A stretch of DNA of 64,000 bases from Cyanobacteria bacterium J06626_4 (GCA_038523235.1 JBCBJQ010000020.1:1-64000); one strand, 5' to 3'. Positions 29,489 through 40,650 are shown, numbered from the stretch's first letter. The notes: generated by a model not told the origin, from the sequence alone. Numbers and translations: made by a program.

Positions 29489-30277
29489 TTGATATCACCT
29501 TCTCAAATCAATCCCAAAGTCTTGATTCCGGTTGTCGTTTTGGCGCTCTCTGCCGGCGCTCACAGCTTGCTGCTGCTGGTGCCGATGCCGCAGTCGTCAG
29601 AGTCGGCCTTGAGACCAAACCCTCCGGAGACTGAGTCGGACTCAATCGCGGTCATCATGCTGCCAGAAGCCCCTGAAGCCGAAGTCGCCGCAGTTCCCGA
29701 GGTCACGCGGCCAGCCGAACCAGTAGCTCCGCCAGTCGCAGAGTCGGTGCCTTTGCAACCTAATGTCATTTCTGAGCCGGTGCTGTCGCCGGCTCCTAAC
29801 CCCGACAGCCTGTCTGCCCCTGAGCCCGGCCTTGACACCGATCCTGAACTACCTCCTGAAGACGGTCTAACATCCCCTGGCTTTGTCGACCCGCAACCGG
29901 CTGCTGACCCGGCCTCGATCGGCCCCTTAGTGGGCTACAGCGATACGTTTCCCCATGCTGCTGGCGCAGAGAGTGGCTGCTTTGGCTTGGGCGATTGTCG
30001 GCGAGTTGTGGGGGGTGGCAACCATCGCGCAGTGGCGGCATCTCTGATTAACGATTTAGAAAATGAAGGCTACAGCGTTGATCAACGAGATGACTTGGAC
30101 GATACCGGTCGGAACGTCTATGAAGTGATCTCACCGGGTGCCACCACCACTCAGTATCTAATCGTATTTTCTGATGGGCTCGAGTCAGCAGTTTATGTCA
30201 TGAGTGATGAAATTATCACGCTGGCTGAGCTGCAAGAGTTGGCAGTTCAAGGTGTGCGAGATCTAGGGTTAGGGTAA
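29489..30277 (+). CDS. Pro/Glu-rich membrane-anchored protein with a TonB-like N-terminus
   Basis: TM with SxxxH (LSAGAHSLLL), long Pro-rich linker, C-terminal domain with GCFGLGDC. Confidence 0.65.
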   Translation: MISPSQINPKVLIPVVVLALSAGAHSLLLLVPMPQSSESALRPNPPETESDSIAVIMLPEAPEAEVAAVPEVTRPAEPVAPPVAESVPLQPNVISEPVLSPAPNPDSLSAPEPGLDTDPELPPEDGLTSPGFVDPQPAADPASIGPLVGYSDTFPHAAGAESGCFGLGDCRRVVGGGNHRAVAASLINDLENEGYSVDQRDDLDDTGRNVYEVISPGATTTQYLIVFSDGLESAVYVMSDEIITLAELQELAVQGVRDLGLG

Positions 30278-30290
30278 TGGGGGGACTGCA

Positions 30291-31982
30291 ATGACGCTTG
30301 TAAAGACCGAACAGCTGCCCCAACGATCGCGCTTAGGATTTTTACCTGTTTCCGGTTGGTCAATTGGGGTGATCGTTATCGCCCTGCTAATTGCTACCCC
30401 CCTGATCGCGGTGGTGGCCGGTGCATTCAGCAATTGGGGAGACGACACAGCCAGCGCCATCTGGACTCACCTCGCGACCACGGTACTGCCCAGCTACATC
30501 GCCAATTCATTGGGGCTCATGGTCGGGGTGGGCATCGGCGTCCTAGTTTTAGGAGTTAGCACTGCCTGGCTGGTGACGATGTGCACCTTCCCTGGTTGGC
30601 AACTCTTTGAGTGGGCCTCGCTGCTGCCCCTTGCCGCCCCAGCCTATTTGCTGGCCTATACCTACACCGATTTTTTGGAATATTTCGGGCCGGTGCAAAC
30701 GACCTTGAGAACCCTGTTTGGCTGGCAGAGCGCGACGGATTACTGGTTCCCCGATGTGCGATCGCTGGGCGGCGCAATTGTGCTATTCAGCTTGGTACTT
30801 TATCCCTACGTCTACATGCTGGCGCGGGTGGCCTTTCAAGAGCAATCACTCTGTACCTTAGAAGCCAGCCGCTCATTGGGTTGCACGCCCTGGCGCAGCT
30901 TTTTTACCGTGGCTTTACCGCTAGCCCGTCCGGCGATCGCCGCTGGTACGGCTCTAGCCCTGATGGAAACCCTGAATGACTTTGGTACGGTGGAATATTT
31001 CAGCGTGCCGACCTTTACGACCGGCATTTATCGCACCTGGCTCGGCATGGGCGAACGGCTGGCAGCGACTCAACTCGCCAGCGTTTTACTCTTATTTATT
31101 GCCGTTTTGATTGCGCTAGAGCGGTTTTCTCGCCGTCAGGCTCGCTATTACCAGGCCGTGGGCAACCAGCCCTGCTTCTCACGCTTTCATTTGACGGGCC
31201 TGCGGGCGATCGCGGCACTGCTCACCTGCGCCCTACCCATTGCCCTGGGGCTGCTACTGCCCGGCTTGGTGCTGCTATGGATGGCGCTGGCCAATCTAGA
31301 CAAATCTCTGAATCGTGAATTTGTTGACCTCGCCAGCCACAGCCTGATTCTCTCGGGGGTGACGGCAGCGATTGGCATCTTATTAGCGTTAGTGCTCAGT
31401 TATGGGGCACGGCTGCACCCTGGCCGCAGCGTTTGGTTGAGTGTGCAAGTGGCCTCTCTCGGCTATGCCGTGCCGGGGGCGGTGATCGCGGTGGGCATCA
31501 TGATGCCGGTAGGGCGTTTAGATAACGCCATTGACACTCTGGCCGAACAGGTCTTTAACGTTTCGACGGGGCTGCTGCTGAGCGGCACCATCACCGCGCT
31601 CGTGTTTGCCTACTTAGTCAGATTTTTAGCGATCGCTATCAGCACCGTTCAGGCGGGGCTCACTAAAATTCGTCCGACCCTAGATGATGCTTCCCGCAGC
31701 TTAGGCAACAGTCCCACGAAAACCCTGACCCAGGTGCATGCCCCGTTGCTAAGCGGCAGTTTGTTGACGGCGGCAGTGCTAATTTTCGTTGATGTGATGA
31801 AGGAGTTGCCCGCGACCCTCGTTATTCGCCCCTTCAACTTCGATACTCTGGCCGTCCGCGTTTTTCAATACGCATCTGATGAACGACTGGTCGATGCAGC
31901 AGTGCCCGCCCTGGCGATTTTGATTGTCGGCATGCTGCCGGTAATCTTGATTAGCTATCAAATCAGAGCGGCCAAGCTGTAG
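30291..31982 (+). CDS. futB: Fe(III) ABC transporter permease
   Basis: Duplicated permease with EASRSLG/DASRSLG loops, ETLNDFG and MKELPAT..IRPFNFDTLA. Confidence 0.9.
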   Translation: MTLVKTEQLPQRSRLGFLPVSGWSIGVIVIALLIATPLIAVVAGAFSNWGDDTASAIWTHLATTVLPSYIANSLGLMVGVGIGVLVLGVSTAWLVTMCTFPGWQLFEWASLLPLAAPAYLLAYTYTDFLEYFGPVQTTLRTLFGWQSATDYWFPDVRSLGGAIVLFSLVLYPYVYMLARVAFQEQSLCTLEASRSLGCTPWRSFFTVALPLARPAIAAGTALALMETLNDFGTVEYFSVPTFTTGIYRTWLGMGERLAATQLASVLLLFIAVLIALERFSRRQARYYQAVGNQPCFSRFHLTGLRAIAALLTCALPIALGLLLPGLVLLWMALANLDKSLNREFVDLASHSLILSGVTAAIGILLALVLSYGARLHPGRSVWLSVQVASLGYAVPGAVIAVGIMMPVGRLDNAIDTLAEQVFNVSTGLLLSGTITALVFAYLVRFLAIAISTVQAGLTKIRPTLDDASRSLGNSPTKTLTQVHAPLLSGSLLTAAVLIFVDVMKELPATLVIRPFNFDTLAVRVFQYASDERLVDAAVPALAILIVGMLPVILISYQIRAAKL

Positions 31983-32035
31983 GCGATCGCGGCTGCAGTT
32001 GGCTTCACGGTGAATGTGATAATCGGTCTAAAGGC

Positions 32036-32362
32036 TTAATCAGGCGACCACACAAATTTGATTCGTAAGTTTCCCTCATCCGCCGATTGACTCACCAACG
32101 CCCCTGCCACCGGGTCGATCTTGATGCCAAATTCGAGTTCGCAAGCAGCAGGCGGTGTCGGCAGTTTCGCCAAGGTCTCAGACGTGCGGTTAGCCAGGGC
32201 TTGAATCGTGCCCATAGCCTGCACAAGTGCCTGCGCTGATTTCGTCGCGAGTTCTTGCGGGTGACGACAGGTCGCGGTTGTTTTACCTCGCCCATCACTC
32301 ATTTCAAAGAGCACAATCGACTCTTCTGAGGAGGTCACCGTTTGAATAATGTCGCTGTGCAT
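32036..32362 (-). CDS. CU044_2847/Trypco1-like protein
   Basis: P...ELEFGIKI...GALV.......NLRIKFVW pattern. Confidence 0.7.
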   Translation of the reverse strand: MHSDIIQTVTSSEESIVLFEMSDGRGKTTATCRHPQELATKSAQALVQAMGTIQALANRTSETLAKLPTPPAACELEFGIKIDPVAGALVSQSADEGNLRIKFVWSPD

Positions 32363-32423
32363 AGCTTTGCTGAAGAGTTATCGCTGGTTTCTGATTGTAG
32401 TCAAAGCGGTTGCCGTTAGGAAC

Positions 32424-32515
32424 GGGCGCATCCCCAATTTGCAAATCCATGAATGCATTTAGGGCGGGTATCTTGCCCGCGATCAGAGCTAGGCATACAA
32501 AACTGAGATGCACTC
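32424..32515. mobile_element. 92-bp MITE-like element with an 8-bp target-site duplication
   Basis: Imperfect 18-bp TIRs (12/18); flanks TTAGGAAC (32416-23) and TTAGGCAC (32516-23); internal GCGGGTATCTTGCCCGC hairpin. Confidence 0.6.
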
Positions 32516-32957
32516 TTAGGCACTCTGTCGGAAGACCACTTGCGATCGCGCCGCCCCCATTGCCGCTGGCATATGCATATCTTTAAGCACTTGCTGGATG
32601 ACGTCAATCCAGGCTTGAAATCAAGATGCCCGGCTAAAGTTCATAAGTTTTTCAGCCTCACAATTTTTAGCCGCCACCCAGTGAACGCCATCGTGATCCC
32701 AGCAGAGCCTGAGCCGTTATGCATACCCTTGGACAAGCAATTCACTGCAATTAAAGAAGTATAAACATTGCTTTAGATATCAAGCGTAAGCAGTAATCTA
32801 CTGGGCAAGTGTTTTAGCAAGCATGACCCGCGATCGCGGAATTAGATGCTGGTTTTCGCCAGTTAAAAACTTAGTTTTCGACTGGGCCAGGTTCTTTCTC
32901 TTTCGCTTTTTCTCAAAAATTTTTACCCAGATGCCACTGAGGTGTGAAGACGAACGC

Positions 32958-33515
32958 ATGATTTCACATACATCTATTTCATTAGCGGCCACGTCAGCCA
33001 TCGTCTTGAGTACGACGCTGGCCATATCTGCTGCTCAGGCCCAAGAACCGATGCTGACGGACACGGTATGGGAACTGCAGCAAATTCTTTATAACAACGA
33101 CACTTTGTTAGAGCCGACTAATCCCGCTGATTACACAGTTCAGTTTTTTGCAGATGGCACCGTGGGTGTGCAAGCCGATTGCAATGTTGTTCGCGGTACC
33201 TATGATGTGCAACGCGATTTTATTGCCCTAGGGCCTTCCACATTGGCAGCCTGTGGGCCTGATTCAATCGATGACGAATATCGCCGAGGCCTAGAAGACG
33301 CGGTGGGTTATTTTTTCGAAGACGGCGATCTGTACATGGACTTGCCGGTTGATGTAGGTACGCTCAGGTTCTCTCCTGCGCCAGAAATTGCCGAGGAATC
33401 TCCCGAAACGATGGAAGAACCGATGGTCGAGGAGCCGGTATTCGAACCTGAACCGGCAGTGGAACCTGAGCCCGAGGTGGAACCCGAGCCCGAACCAATT
33501 CGAGGACTGTGGTAA
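32958..33515 (+). CDS. Secreted META domain protein with an EP-rich tail
   Basis: Signal peptide ending AQA; L.DT.W.L, ADCN and STLAAC; ends EPEPIRGLW. Confidence 0.82.
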   Translation: MISHTSISLAATSAIVLSTTLAISAAQAQEPMLTDTVWELQQILYNNDTLLEPTNPADYTVQFFADGTVGVQADCNVVRGTYDVQRDFIALGPSTLAACGPDSIDDEYRRGLEDAVGYFFEDGDLYMDLPVDVGTLRFSPAPEIAEESPETMEEPMVEEPVFEPEPAVEPEPEVEPEPEPIRGLW

Positions 33516-33671
33516 GTCAACTCGAAGTCTAGCGGCCCTTGGGTTGGCGGATGGGGCACCGCATTTCTCCCAAGCCCTCTCGAATTGGCACAGTGCCGCT
33601 TTAAGCTGCATTGCTATCGGGTCAGATAAGCGGTAGGCTGCGAGCGCTCATGGTTCCGCCGGCGAGACGAC

Positions 33672-33779
33672 ATGGAAAATCTGACAAATCTAGATGTGGT
33701 GTTAGGCGGTTTGGCGATCGCCATCCTAGTGGGTGGGCTGTGGATGCTGCTAGATGGCACGAGCAGTCTAGGCGATTAG
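33672..33779 (+). CDS. Small single-TM protein, 35 aa (not in the ORF track)
   Basis: ATG33672..TAG33779 = MENLTNLDVVLGGLAIAILVGGLWMLLDGTSSLGD. Confidence 0.6.
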   Translation: MENLTNLDVVLGGLAIAILVGGLWMLLDGTSSLGD

Positions 33780-33956
33780 GGAAAATGAGCGGCGATGCCC
33801 ACTCGCTCAGGACGCTATTTTGAGCAGCGTCCTGAGCGCCCCAGTTTGGCAGGCCGCTCCCCTTCCAGCGAGCGACGTGGTGCTAGAGAGGTGATGTCTA
33901 AGTCCACAACTCTAAACATTGGTATGCTGCCCACAGAGCTGTACCCTTGGTCGGCG

Positions 33957-34706
33957 TCAGACTTTGCCAAATCGGCGATGACGCTTTTGATAGGCACAGA
34001 GGGCACGGTGAAACTCCGTCGGATCAAAATCAGGCCAGAGCGTATCAGTGACATAAAGCTCAGCGTAGGCGAGCTGCCACAGCAAAAAATTGCTGAGCCG
34101 CATTTCTCCGCTGGTGCGAATTAACAGGTCAGGGTCTTCGAGATTGGCGGTGTAGAGATGATGACTAAAGAGAGACTCATCGATGTCTTCAGGGGCTAGT
34201 TGGCCCCGTTGTACTTGAGTCGCGATCGCGCGACAGGCCTGCACAATTTCTTGGCGACCGCCGTAGTTGGTCGCCACGGTAAAGCGAATGCCAGGATTGC
34301 TTTGGGTTTGTTGCACGGCTCGATCAATCTCCTCCTGCAAGGAAGCCGGCAGCGACTGTAGATTACCGACAAACTGAATGCGGACGCCTTCTTTGTCCAT
34401 ATCTCTGAGTTCTTGACGCAGCACTCGCTCAAACAGCGTCATCAAAAAGTCCACTTCTTCTAGGGGACGACCCCAGTTCTCCGTCGAAAAAGCATAGGCT
34501 GTCAAGGCCCCAACGCCCCAGTCACTGCAAGTACGCAGCAGCTTTTTGAGCGTGTCAACCCCGCGTCGGTGGCCCATGATGCGGGGTAACCCCTGCTGTT
34601 TGGCCCAGCGCCCGTTGCCATCCATGATCACCGCGACATGGCGCGGCAGTTTTTGCGTATCAATATCAGTAGGTAGAGAAGAGGTGACAAAAGGCTCAGC
34701 GGTCAT
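33957..34706 (-). CDS. uppS: Isoprenyl (undecaprenyl diphosphate) transferase
   Basis: [19 protein letters not shown] and [16 protein letters not shown]. Confidence 0.96.
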   Translation of the reverse strand: MTAEPFVTSSLPTDIDTQKLPRHVAVIMDGNGRWAKQQGLPRIMGHRRGVDTLKKLLRTCSDWGVGALTAYAFSTENWGRPLEEVDFLMTLFERVLRQELRDMDKEGVRIQFVGNLQSLPASLQEEIDRAVQQTQSNPGIRFTVATNYGGRQEIVQACRAIATQVQRGQLAPEDIDESLFSHHLYTANLEDPDLLIRTSGEMRLSNFLLWQLAYAELYVTDTLWPDFDPTEFHRALCAYQKRHRRFGKV

Positions 34707-35628
34707 TTTTTCCACGAGGGGCCGACGACGAAAAGCGGAACAAACGTTGCAGGAGCGATCGCCCCTGCCGGAGCAACCGTTTGCTCAAGCTCTTGAGTTG
34801 AGGGCTGACGGCATCTCGATCAACGGATAGAGATAGCCGGGCGCTCAACAACTCCCTTAGTTTACTGCTGGTTAGGGGCCGATTTAGCCTTCCCCTTTCG
34901 GCTAAAGAGATTGACCCCGTTTCTTCAGAAACAACGATACAGAGACAATCTTCAACCCGTTCAGTAATGCCCATGGCGGCCCGATGGCGAGTGCCCAGCT
35001 GGCGTGAAGCCGAGCGTTCAGAAATGGGTAAAATCACGCCCGCTGCCAGTACCCGCGAACCCCGCACTAACACCGCACCGTCATGCAGCAGCGTACTGGT
35101 TTGAAAAATAGTTTGCAGGAGTTCTCGCGAAACTTCCGCATTGAGTTTGACTCCCGGCACCGAAAAATCCCGCTCGTCAATCGGGCGATCAGTTTCCACA
35201 ATAATCAGCGCCCCAATGCGATTTTGCGATAGCTCTTTAGCGGCATCCACCAGTTCATCGACGACATTATCAGGCTGGGGGGTCAAATCGCGATCGGGCA
35301 ACACCAGCAGCTGGCCTAACCGCCCCCGGCCAATTTGCTCTAGCAGTCGCCGAAATTCGCCCTGCAAGATAAAGGCCATCGCGACCGCCGCCCCAATCAC
35401 CAGCTTATCGAGCACAAAAGCCAGTAAAGACAGACCAATATGTCGGCTCATCGTCGCTGCTAACAGCAGAATAATGAACCCCCGCACCATCCATAGGGTG
35501 CGGCGTTCACCAATGAGCACCAGGATGGTGTAGACCAGTAGCACAACCAGCACGCCATCCAAGAGTCTTAATGGCCACCCCCTAATGATGTCGAGGATGA
35601 TCTGCCCTAGCTCCCAGAATTGCCCCAT
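34696..35628 (-). CDS. cdaA: Diadenylate cyclase
   Basis: N-terminal TMs; LHDGA and GTRHRAA motifs; lysA-cdaA-uppS synteny. Confidence 0.93.
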   Translation of the reverse strand: MGQFWELGQIILDIIRGWPLRLLDGVLVVLLVYTILVLIGERRTLWMVRGFIILLLAATMSRHIGLSLLAFVLDKLVIGAAVAMAFILQGEFRRLLEQIGRGRLGQLLVLPDRDLTPQPDNVVDELVDAAKELSQNRIGALIIVETDRPIDERDFSVPGVKLNAEVSRELLQTIFQTSTLLHDGAVLVRGSRVLAAGVILPISERSASRQLGTRHRAAMGITERVEDCLCIVVSEETGSISLAERGRLNRPLTSSKLRELLSARLSLSVDRDAVSPQLKSLSKRLLRQGRSLLQRLFRFSSSAPRGKNDR

Positions 35629-35800
35629 GTGCAGTGCCGTAGCTTAGTTTCAACGGTTGGGTGCCTAGCAATCGTGCCAGCTGGGGCACTGTGGCCCAGA
35701 GGCTCCCAACCGGTTCGCTCGCGCCTTGACAGCGTTTGAAGGATAGCCACTCAGACCCGCGCCGGGTCACGCTTTTCCCTCAAGAACAGTTGACCTCGTC

Positions 35801-37207
35801 CTAGCTAGCAGGTGCGAGGGAAGCTGGCAAGCAATCATGACGCATCAAATCCTGTAACGTTTCCCGCTGGATGATGAGATGAGCGTCTCCAGCATTGACC
35901 AAAATCGCTGCCGGTCGGGGTACCCGATTGTAGTTAGACGCCATGCTGTAGTTATAGGCACCGGTACCTGCCACAACGATAACGTCATTCGCTGTCAGCG
36001 CGGGCAAATCGGCTTCTTGAATCACCACATCACCCGACTCGCAGTGCTTGCCCGCGAGCGTGGTTTTTTCGGTCAGTGGGGCCGACATCCGATTGGCGAC
36101 CAAAGCCCGATAGACCGACTGATAGGTGATCGGTCGCGGATTGTCGGACATGCCACCATCCACCGCCACGTAGGTGCGAATGCCGGGCACTGTTTTTTGG
36201 CTGCCGACGGTGTATGCCGTCACGCAGGCCGAGCCAATCAGCGATCGCCCCGGTTCGGCAATTAGACGCGGCAGCGGTACGCCCTGCAGCTCGCAGGCCT
36301 CGGCAACCGCTTCCGCTACTGTTTTGACCCAGTTCTCAATACTGGGGGGATCATCCGCTTCGGTATAGCAAATGCCCAAACCGCCGCCAATATCCAGTTC
36401 GGTCACGGGTAAACCGTACTCTGCCGCTTTTTGGAACCAACGCACCATAACCCCGGCCAAATCAGCGTGGGGTTGGAGTTCAAAAATCTGCGAACCAATA
36501 TGGGCCTGTAAGCCGATGCAGCGCAGCTGGGGCTGTCTCGCCACGTACTGAAACACGGCTTCGATCTGATCTGGGTCAAAGCCAAACTTACTATCGAGAT
36601 GCCCAGTGCGAATATATTCGTGGGTATGACACTCAATGCCGGGGGTCAGACGCAGCAAAATTGAGACTGCACTTTCAGTCCCTGCCAGCAGCTGACTCAG
36701 TGATTTCAGCTCAAACCAGTTATCCACCACAATGCGGCAGCCACTGTCAATGCCCTGCTGCAGCTCATCAAGCGACTTATTATTGCCGTGAAAGTAGAGA
36801 TGTTCAGCCGGCACTCCCGCGTTGACCGCCGTCAGCAGTTCCCCAGCGGAAACGACGTCAATGCCTAAGCCCTCGCTATGCACCACGGCGCAGACGGCCA
36901 AACAGTTCCAGGCCTTAGAGGCATAAATCACCAACGCCTCCCCCGGATAGTGGCGCGCCATTGCCTCGCGATATTGCTGACAGGCGGCCCGCAGCGTCGC
37001 CTCATCCAAAATATAGAGTGGTGAACCAAATCGTTCGACCAACTCGGGGACGTCACAGCCCCCCACCACCAAATGATCAGCATCAGAAACCTGGGCCGAT
37101 AGCGGCAGCAAGTTTTGATTGGGCGAGGAACTACGGGCCTGAAGCGTCGCCGCATGGGCCGTCAAATAGCTCAGGCTAGTCTTAGCGGAATCGACAGTGG
37201 AAACCAT
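35801..37207 (-). CDS. lysA: Diaminopimelate decarboxylase
   Basis: YASKA, HIGSQ, EPGRS, HCESGD and GAYNYSMASNYN. Confidence 0.96.
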   Translation of the reverse strand: MVSTVDSAKTSLSYLTAHAATLQARSSSPNQNLLPLSAQVSDADHLVVGGCDVPELVERFGSPLYILDEATLRAACQQYREAMARHYPGEALVIYASKAWNCLAVCAVVHSEGLGIDVVSAGELLTAVNAGVPAEHLYFHGNNKSLDELQQGIDSGCRIVVDNWFELKSLSQLLAGTESAVSILLRLTPGIECHTHEYIRTGHLDSKFGFDPDQIEAVFQYVARQPQLRCIGLQAHIGSQIFELQPHADLAGVMVRWFQKAAEYGLPVTELDIGGGLGICYTEADDPPSIENWVKTVAEAVAEACELQGVPLPRLIAEPGRSLIGSACVTAYTVGSQKTVPGIRTYVAVDGGMSDNPRPITYQSVYRALVANRMSAPLTEKTTLAGKHCESGDVVIQEADLPALTANDVIVVAGTGAYNYSMASNYNRVPRPAAILVNAGDAHLIIQRETLQDLMRHDCLPASLAPAS

Positions 37208-37333
37208 AAACGTTGCTGCTGTATTTACAAGGATGGACGGGGCAGAAAGGTGCGCCTCAACCGAGGTCTGAGAGTATCAGTGTACAATCGAGACCCCTGC
37301 CACTGCCGACTGCAGCGGCTCAATTCTTCAACG

Positions 37334-37885
37334 ATGCGCATTCTTTGCCGCCCTGTGGTCTCTCAAGATTTACCAACTGTGGTCACTTTAGACCATCGAT
37401 GTTTTGGTGGGTTATGGAGTGAAGCAGCCTATATGCGAGAAATGGGGAGCCCCAATAGTGATTTGTGGGTCCTGGAGGTCATAGCCACCCCGCGATTGCC
37501 CAGTCGCCTCAGCGGCATCGGTTGCGTTTGGGCCATCCTCGAAGAAGCCCACCTCACCCTCTTGGGTATCGAGCCAGCTCAGCAGGGCCAGGGGCTCGGA
37601 CAATGGCTGTTGATTGAGTTACTGCGAGCCGCGATCTCGCGCGGGCTCACCCGCGCCACGCTAGAGGTGCGTCCCACTAACCAGCGAGCACTGACGCTTT
37701 ACAAAAAGTACGGGTTCAGCGTCGCGGGCGAGCGGCGGCATTATTACCCCGATGGCGAGAGTGCTTTAATTCTCTGGAAACAGAATTTGCAAGCTCCCAG
37801 CTTTGTGGCGACCTTGCAGCACCAACAAGTTCGCTTGTGCCAACGGTATCAGCTGACGAGCAGCCCTCTATCTAGACCGCGCTAG
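37334..37885 (+). CDS. rimI: Ribosomal-protein-alanine N-acetyltransferase
   Basis: EEAHLTLL, QGQGLG, TLEVR..N..A..LY.K.GF and R.HYY.DGE.A; ATG at 37334. Confidence 0.88.
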   Translation: MRILCRPVVSQDLPTVVTLDHRCFGGLWSEAAYMREMGSPNSDLWVLEVIATPRLPSRLSGIGCVWAILEEAHLTLLGIEPAQQGQGLGQWLLIELLRAAISRGLTRATLEVRPTNQRALTLYKKYGFSVAGERRHYYPDGESALILWKQNLQAPSFVATLQHQQVRLCQRYQLTSSPLSRPR

Positions 37886-38095
37886 CGCGGTGACGGGAGC
37901 CGCAGGTAGCCCACCGCAAAAATTAAGAGAAGGCAATGAAAGTTTAAGAGACCGAGCATAACCGGATGCGACTAGGTTCTAGAAAAAGTCGATAACGGGC
38001 GGTTTTCACCACTGTGTAAGGTGCCACAGTTCGCCAATACCCCTGTGCTAGAATCACCGTAACCAGCGCCCAGCAGGTATTTTGGATTTCAAATA

Positions 38096-40567
38096 ATGTT
38101 TGAACGCTTCACAGAAAAAGCCATTAAAGTCATTATGCTCGCCCAAGAGGAGGCCCGCCGCTTGGGCCACAATTTTGTGGGAACGGAGCAAATTCTCCTT
38201 GGTCTTATAGGAGAAGGCACGGGGGTCGCCGCCAAAGTGCTCAAGTCAATGGGCGTCAATCTCAAAGATGCGCGTATTGAAGTTGAGAAAATCATTGGTC
38301 GCGGCTCTGGTTTTGTTGCCGTTGAGATTCCCTTCACGCCACGCGCTAAGCGGGTGCTTGAGCTTTCCCTCGAGGAAGCTCGCCAATTGGGACACAACTA
38401 CATCGGCACCGAACATTTGTTGTTAGGGCTGATTCGCGAAGGTGAGGGCGTCGCTGCCCGCGTTCTAGAAAATCTTGGTGTCGACCTTTCTAAGGTGCGG
38501 ACGCAGGTGATTCGGATGCTTGGTGAGACTGCAGAAGTTTCCTCGGGTGGGGGTCAAGGCCGCACCAAAACCCCCACGCTTGATGAGTTTGGCTCCAACC
38601 TGACTCAGATGGCTGGGGAGGGCAAGCTAGATCCAGTGGTGGGCCGTCAAAAAGAAATTGAACGCGTGATTCAGATTTTGGGTCGGCGGACTAAAAACAA
38701 CCCAGTGCTCATTGGTGAGCCTGGCGTGGGCAAGACCGCAATCGCTGAAGGGCTTGCTCAGCGCATCATGAACGGCGATATTCCCGATATTCTCGAAGAG
38801 AAGCGGGTGGTCACATTAGATATTGGCTTGCTGGTCGCCGGCACCAAGTATCGTGGTGAGTTTGAAGAGCGCCTGAAAAAAATCATGGACGAAATCCGCT
38901 CGGCGGGCAACGTCATTTTGGTGATTGATGAGGTGCATACCCTGATTGGGGCCGGGGCTGCTGAGGGCGCGATCGACGCCGCCAACATTCTCAAACCGGC
39001 CTTGGCTCGTGGGGAACTGCAGTGCATCGGGGCCACCACCCTAGATGAGTACCGCAAGCATATTGAACGGGACGCGGCGCTTGAGCGACGGTTCCAGCCG
39101 GTGATGGTGGGTGAACCGAGCATCGAAGAAACTATCGAAATTCTGCATGGCTTGCGCGATCGCTATGAACAGCATCATAAGCTGAAGATTACCGACGACG
39201 CCTTGGATGCGGCCGCCAAACTGGCGGATCGGTACATTTCTGATCGATTCCTACCCGACAAAGCGATCGACCTGATTGATGAGGCTGGTTCACGGGTGCG
39301 GTTGATCAACTCGCAACTGCCACCGGCAGCTAAAGAGCTGGATAAAGAGCTGCGTCAAGTCCTTAAAGATAAGGACAATGCGGTGCGCTCTCAGGACTTT
39401 GATACGGCTGGCGAGCTGCGCGATCGCGAGATGGAAATCAAAGCCGAAATTCGCAGCATCGCCCAAAACAAGAAAGCCGAGGACGAAAGCGGTGAAGACA
39501 ACATGCCTTCCGTCACCGAGGAAGACATTGCCCAAATCGTGGCCTCTTGGACCGGCGTACCGGTCAGCAAGCTCACCGAGTCCGAGTCCGAAAAGCTGTT
39601 GCATATGGAAGACACCCTCCATCAGCGGCTCATTGGCCAAGACGAGGCGGTGAAAGCCATTTCCCGTGCTATTCGACGGGCGCGCGTCGGGCTTAAGAAC
39701 CCCAATCGCCCCATTGCTAGCTTTATCTTCTCGGGCCCGACTGGCGTGGGTAAAACCGAACTTACGAAATCGTTGGCAGCTTACTTCTTCGGCTCTGAAG
39801 AGGCGATGATTCGCCTCGACATGTCGGAATTTATGGAGCGCCATACGGTCTCCAAGCTCATCGGTTCGCCGCCTGGATATGTCGGCTACAGCGAAGGTGG
39901 CCAGCTCACTGAAGCAGTACGGCGACGGCCTTACACGGTGGTGCTGTTCGATGAAATCGAGAAAGCGCACCCCGACGTCTTCAATATGCTGCTGCAAATT
40001 CTGGAAGATGGTCGCCTGACCGATGCGAAAGGTCGGACGGTTGACTTCAAGAACACGCTGCTGATCATGACCTCCAACATTGGTTCTAAAGTCATTGAGA
40101 AAGGCGGCGGCGGTCTCGGCTTCGACTTTGAAGACGATCAAGCAGAGTCGCAATACAACCGTATTCGATCTTTGGTCAACGAAGAGCTGAAGCAGTACTT
40201 CCGCCCTGAGTTCTTGAACCGGTTAGATGAAATCATTGTCTTCCGTCAGCTCACCAAGGACGAGGTCAAAGAGATTGCCGATATCTTGCTGAAGGAAGTC
40301 TTTGGACGTCTCTCAGAGCAGGGCATTGAGCTGGAAGTGACAGCTCGCTTTAAAGACCGCTTGGTCGAAGAAGGCTACAACCCCAGCTATGGCGCTCGAC
40401 CCCTGCGTCGAGCCATCATGCGCTTGTTAGAGGACACGCTAGCTGAGGAGATTTTGTCCGGTCGCCTTGGAGAAGGTGACACGGCATCGGTGGATGTTGA
40501 TGACACTGGCAAAGTCGTTATTCAACCCGGTGAGCGGCGCGAACTGCTGACTCAAGCGGCTGACTAA
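38096..40567 (+). CDS. clpC: ATP-dependent Clp protease ATPase subunit
   Basis: [19 protein letters not shown]; two Walker A motifs ([16 protein letters not shown]); UVR coil. Confidence 0.98.
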   Translation: MFERFTEKAIKVIMLAQEEARRLGHNFVGTEQILLGLIGEGTGVAAKVLKSMGVNLKDARIEVEKIIGRGSGFVAVEIPFTPRAKRVLELSLEEARQLGHNYIGTEHLLLGLIREGEGVAARVLENLGVDLSKVRTQVIRMLGETAEVSSGGGQGRTKTPTLDEFGSNLTQMAGEGKLDPVVGRQKEIERVIQILGRRTKNNPVLIGEPGVGKTAIAEGLAQRIMNGDIPDILEEKRVVTLDIGLLVAGTKYRGEFEERLKKIMDEIRSAGNVILVIDEVHTLIGAGAAEGAIDAANILKPALARGELQCIGATTLDEYRKHIERDAALERRFQPVMVGEPSIEETIEILHGLRDRYEQHHKLKITDDALDAAAKLADRYISDRFLPDKAIDLIDEAGSRVRLINSQLPPAAKELDKELRQVLKDKDNAVRSQDFDTAGELRDREMEIKAEIRSIAQNKKAEDESGEDNMPSVTEEDIAQIVASWTGVPVSKLTESESEKLLHMEDTLHQRLIGQDEAVKAISRAIRRARVGLKNPNRPIASFIFSGPTGVGKTELTKSLAAYFFGSEEAMIRLDMSEFMERHTVSKLIGSPPGYVGYSEGGQLTEAVRRRPYTVVLFDEIEKAHPDVFNMLLQILEDGRLTDAKGRTVDFKNTLLIMTSNIGSKVIEKGGGGLGFDFEDDQAESQYNRIRSLVNEELKQYFRPEFLNRLDEIIVFRQLTKDEVKEIADILLKEVFGRLSEQGIELEVTARFKDRLVEEGYNPSYGARPLRRAIMRLLEDTLAEEILSGRLGEGDTASVDVDDTGKVVIQPGERRELLTQAAD

Positions 40568-40609
40568 CAGCCGGAATGAACGTAGGCATCGTCTATCGTT
40601 CCTAATATC

Positions 40610-40650
40610 AGTAAGGGCGGCTCTCTTTTGGGAGCCGCTCTTACTTTTTT
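40610..40650 (+). terminator. Intrinsic terminator after clpC
   Basis: AGTAAGGGCGGCTCTC...GGGAGCCGCTCTTACT stem followed by a T-run. Confidence 0.8.

Noticed and set aside
32515..32720. Possible minus-strand pseudogene (LCWDHDGVHW...*FQAWIDVIQQVL)
   Set aside because: Looks protein-like but has no identifiable family; cannot be supported without a search
39290..40153. 287-aa antisense ORF inside clpC, and similar shadow ORFs in gpmI, lysA and pcrA
   Set aside because: Antisense artefacts of codon bias in conserved genes
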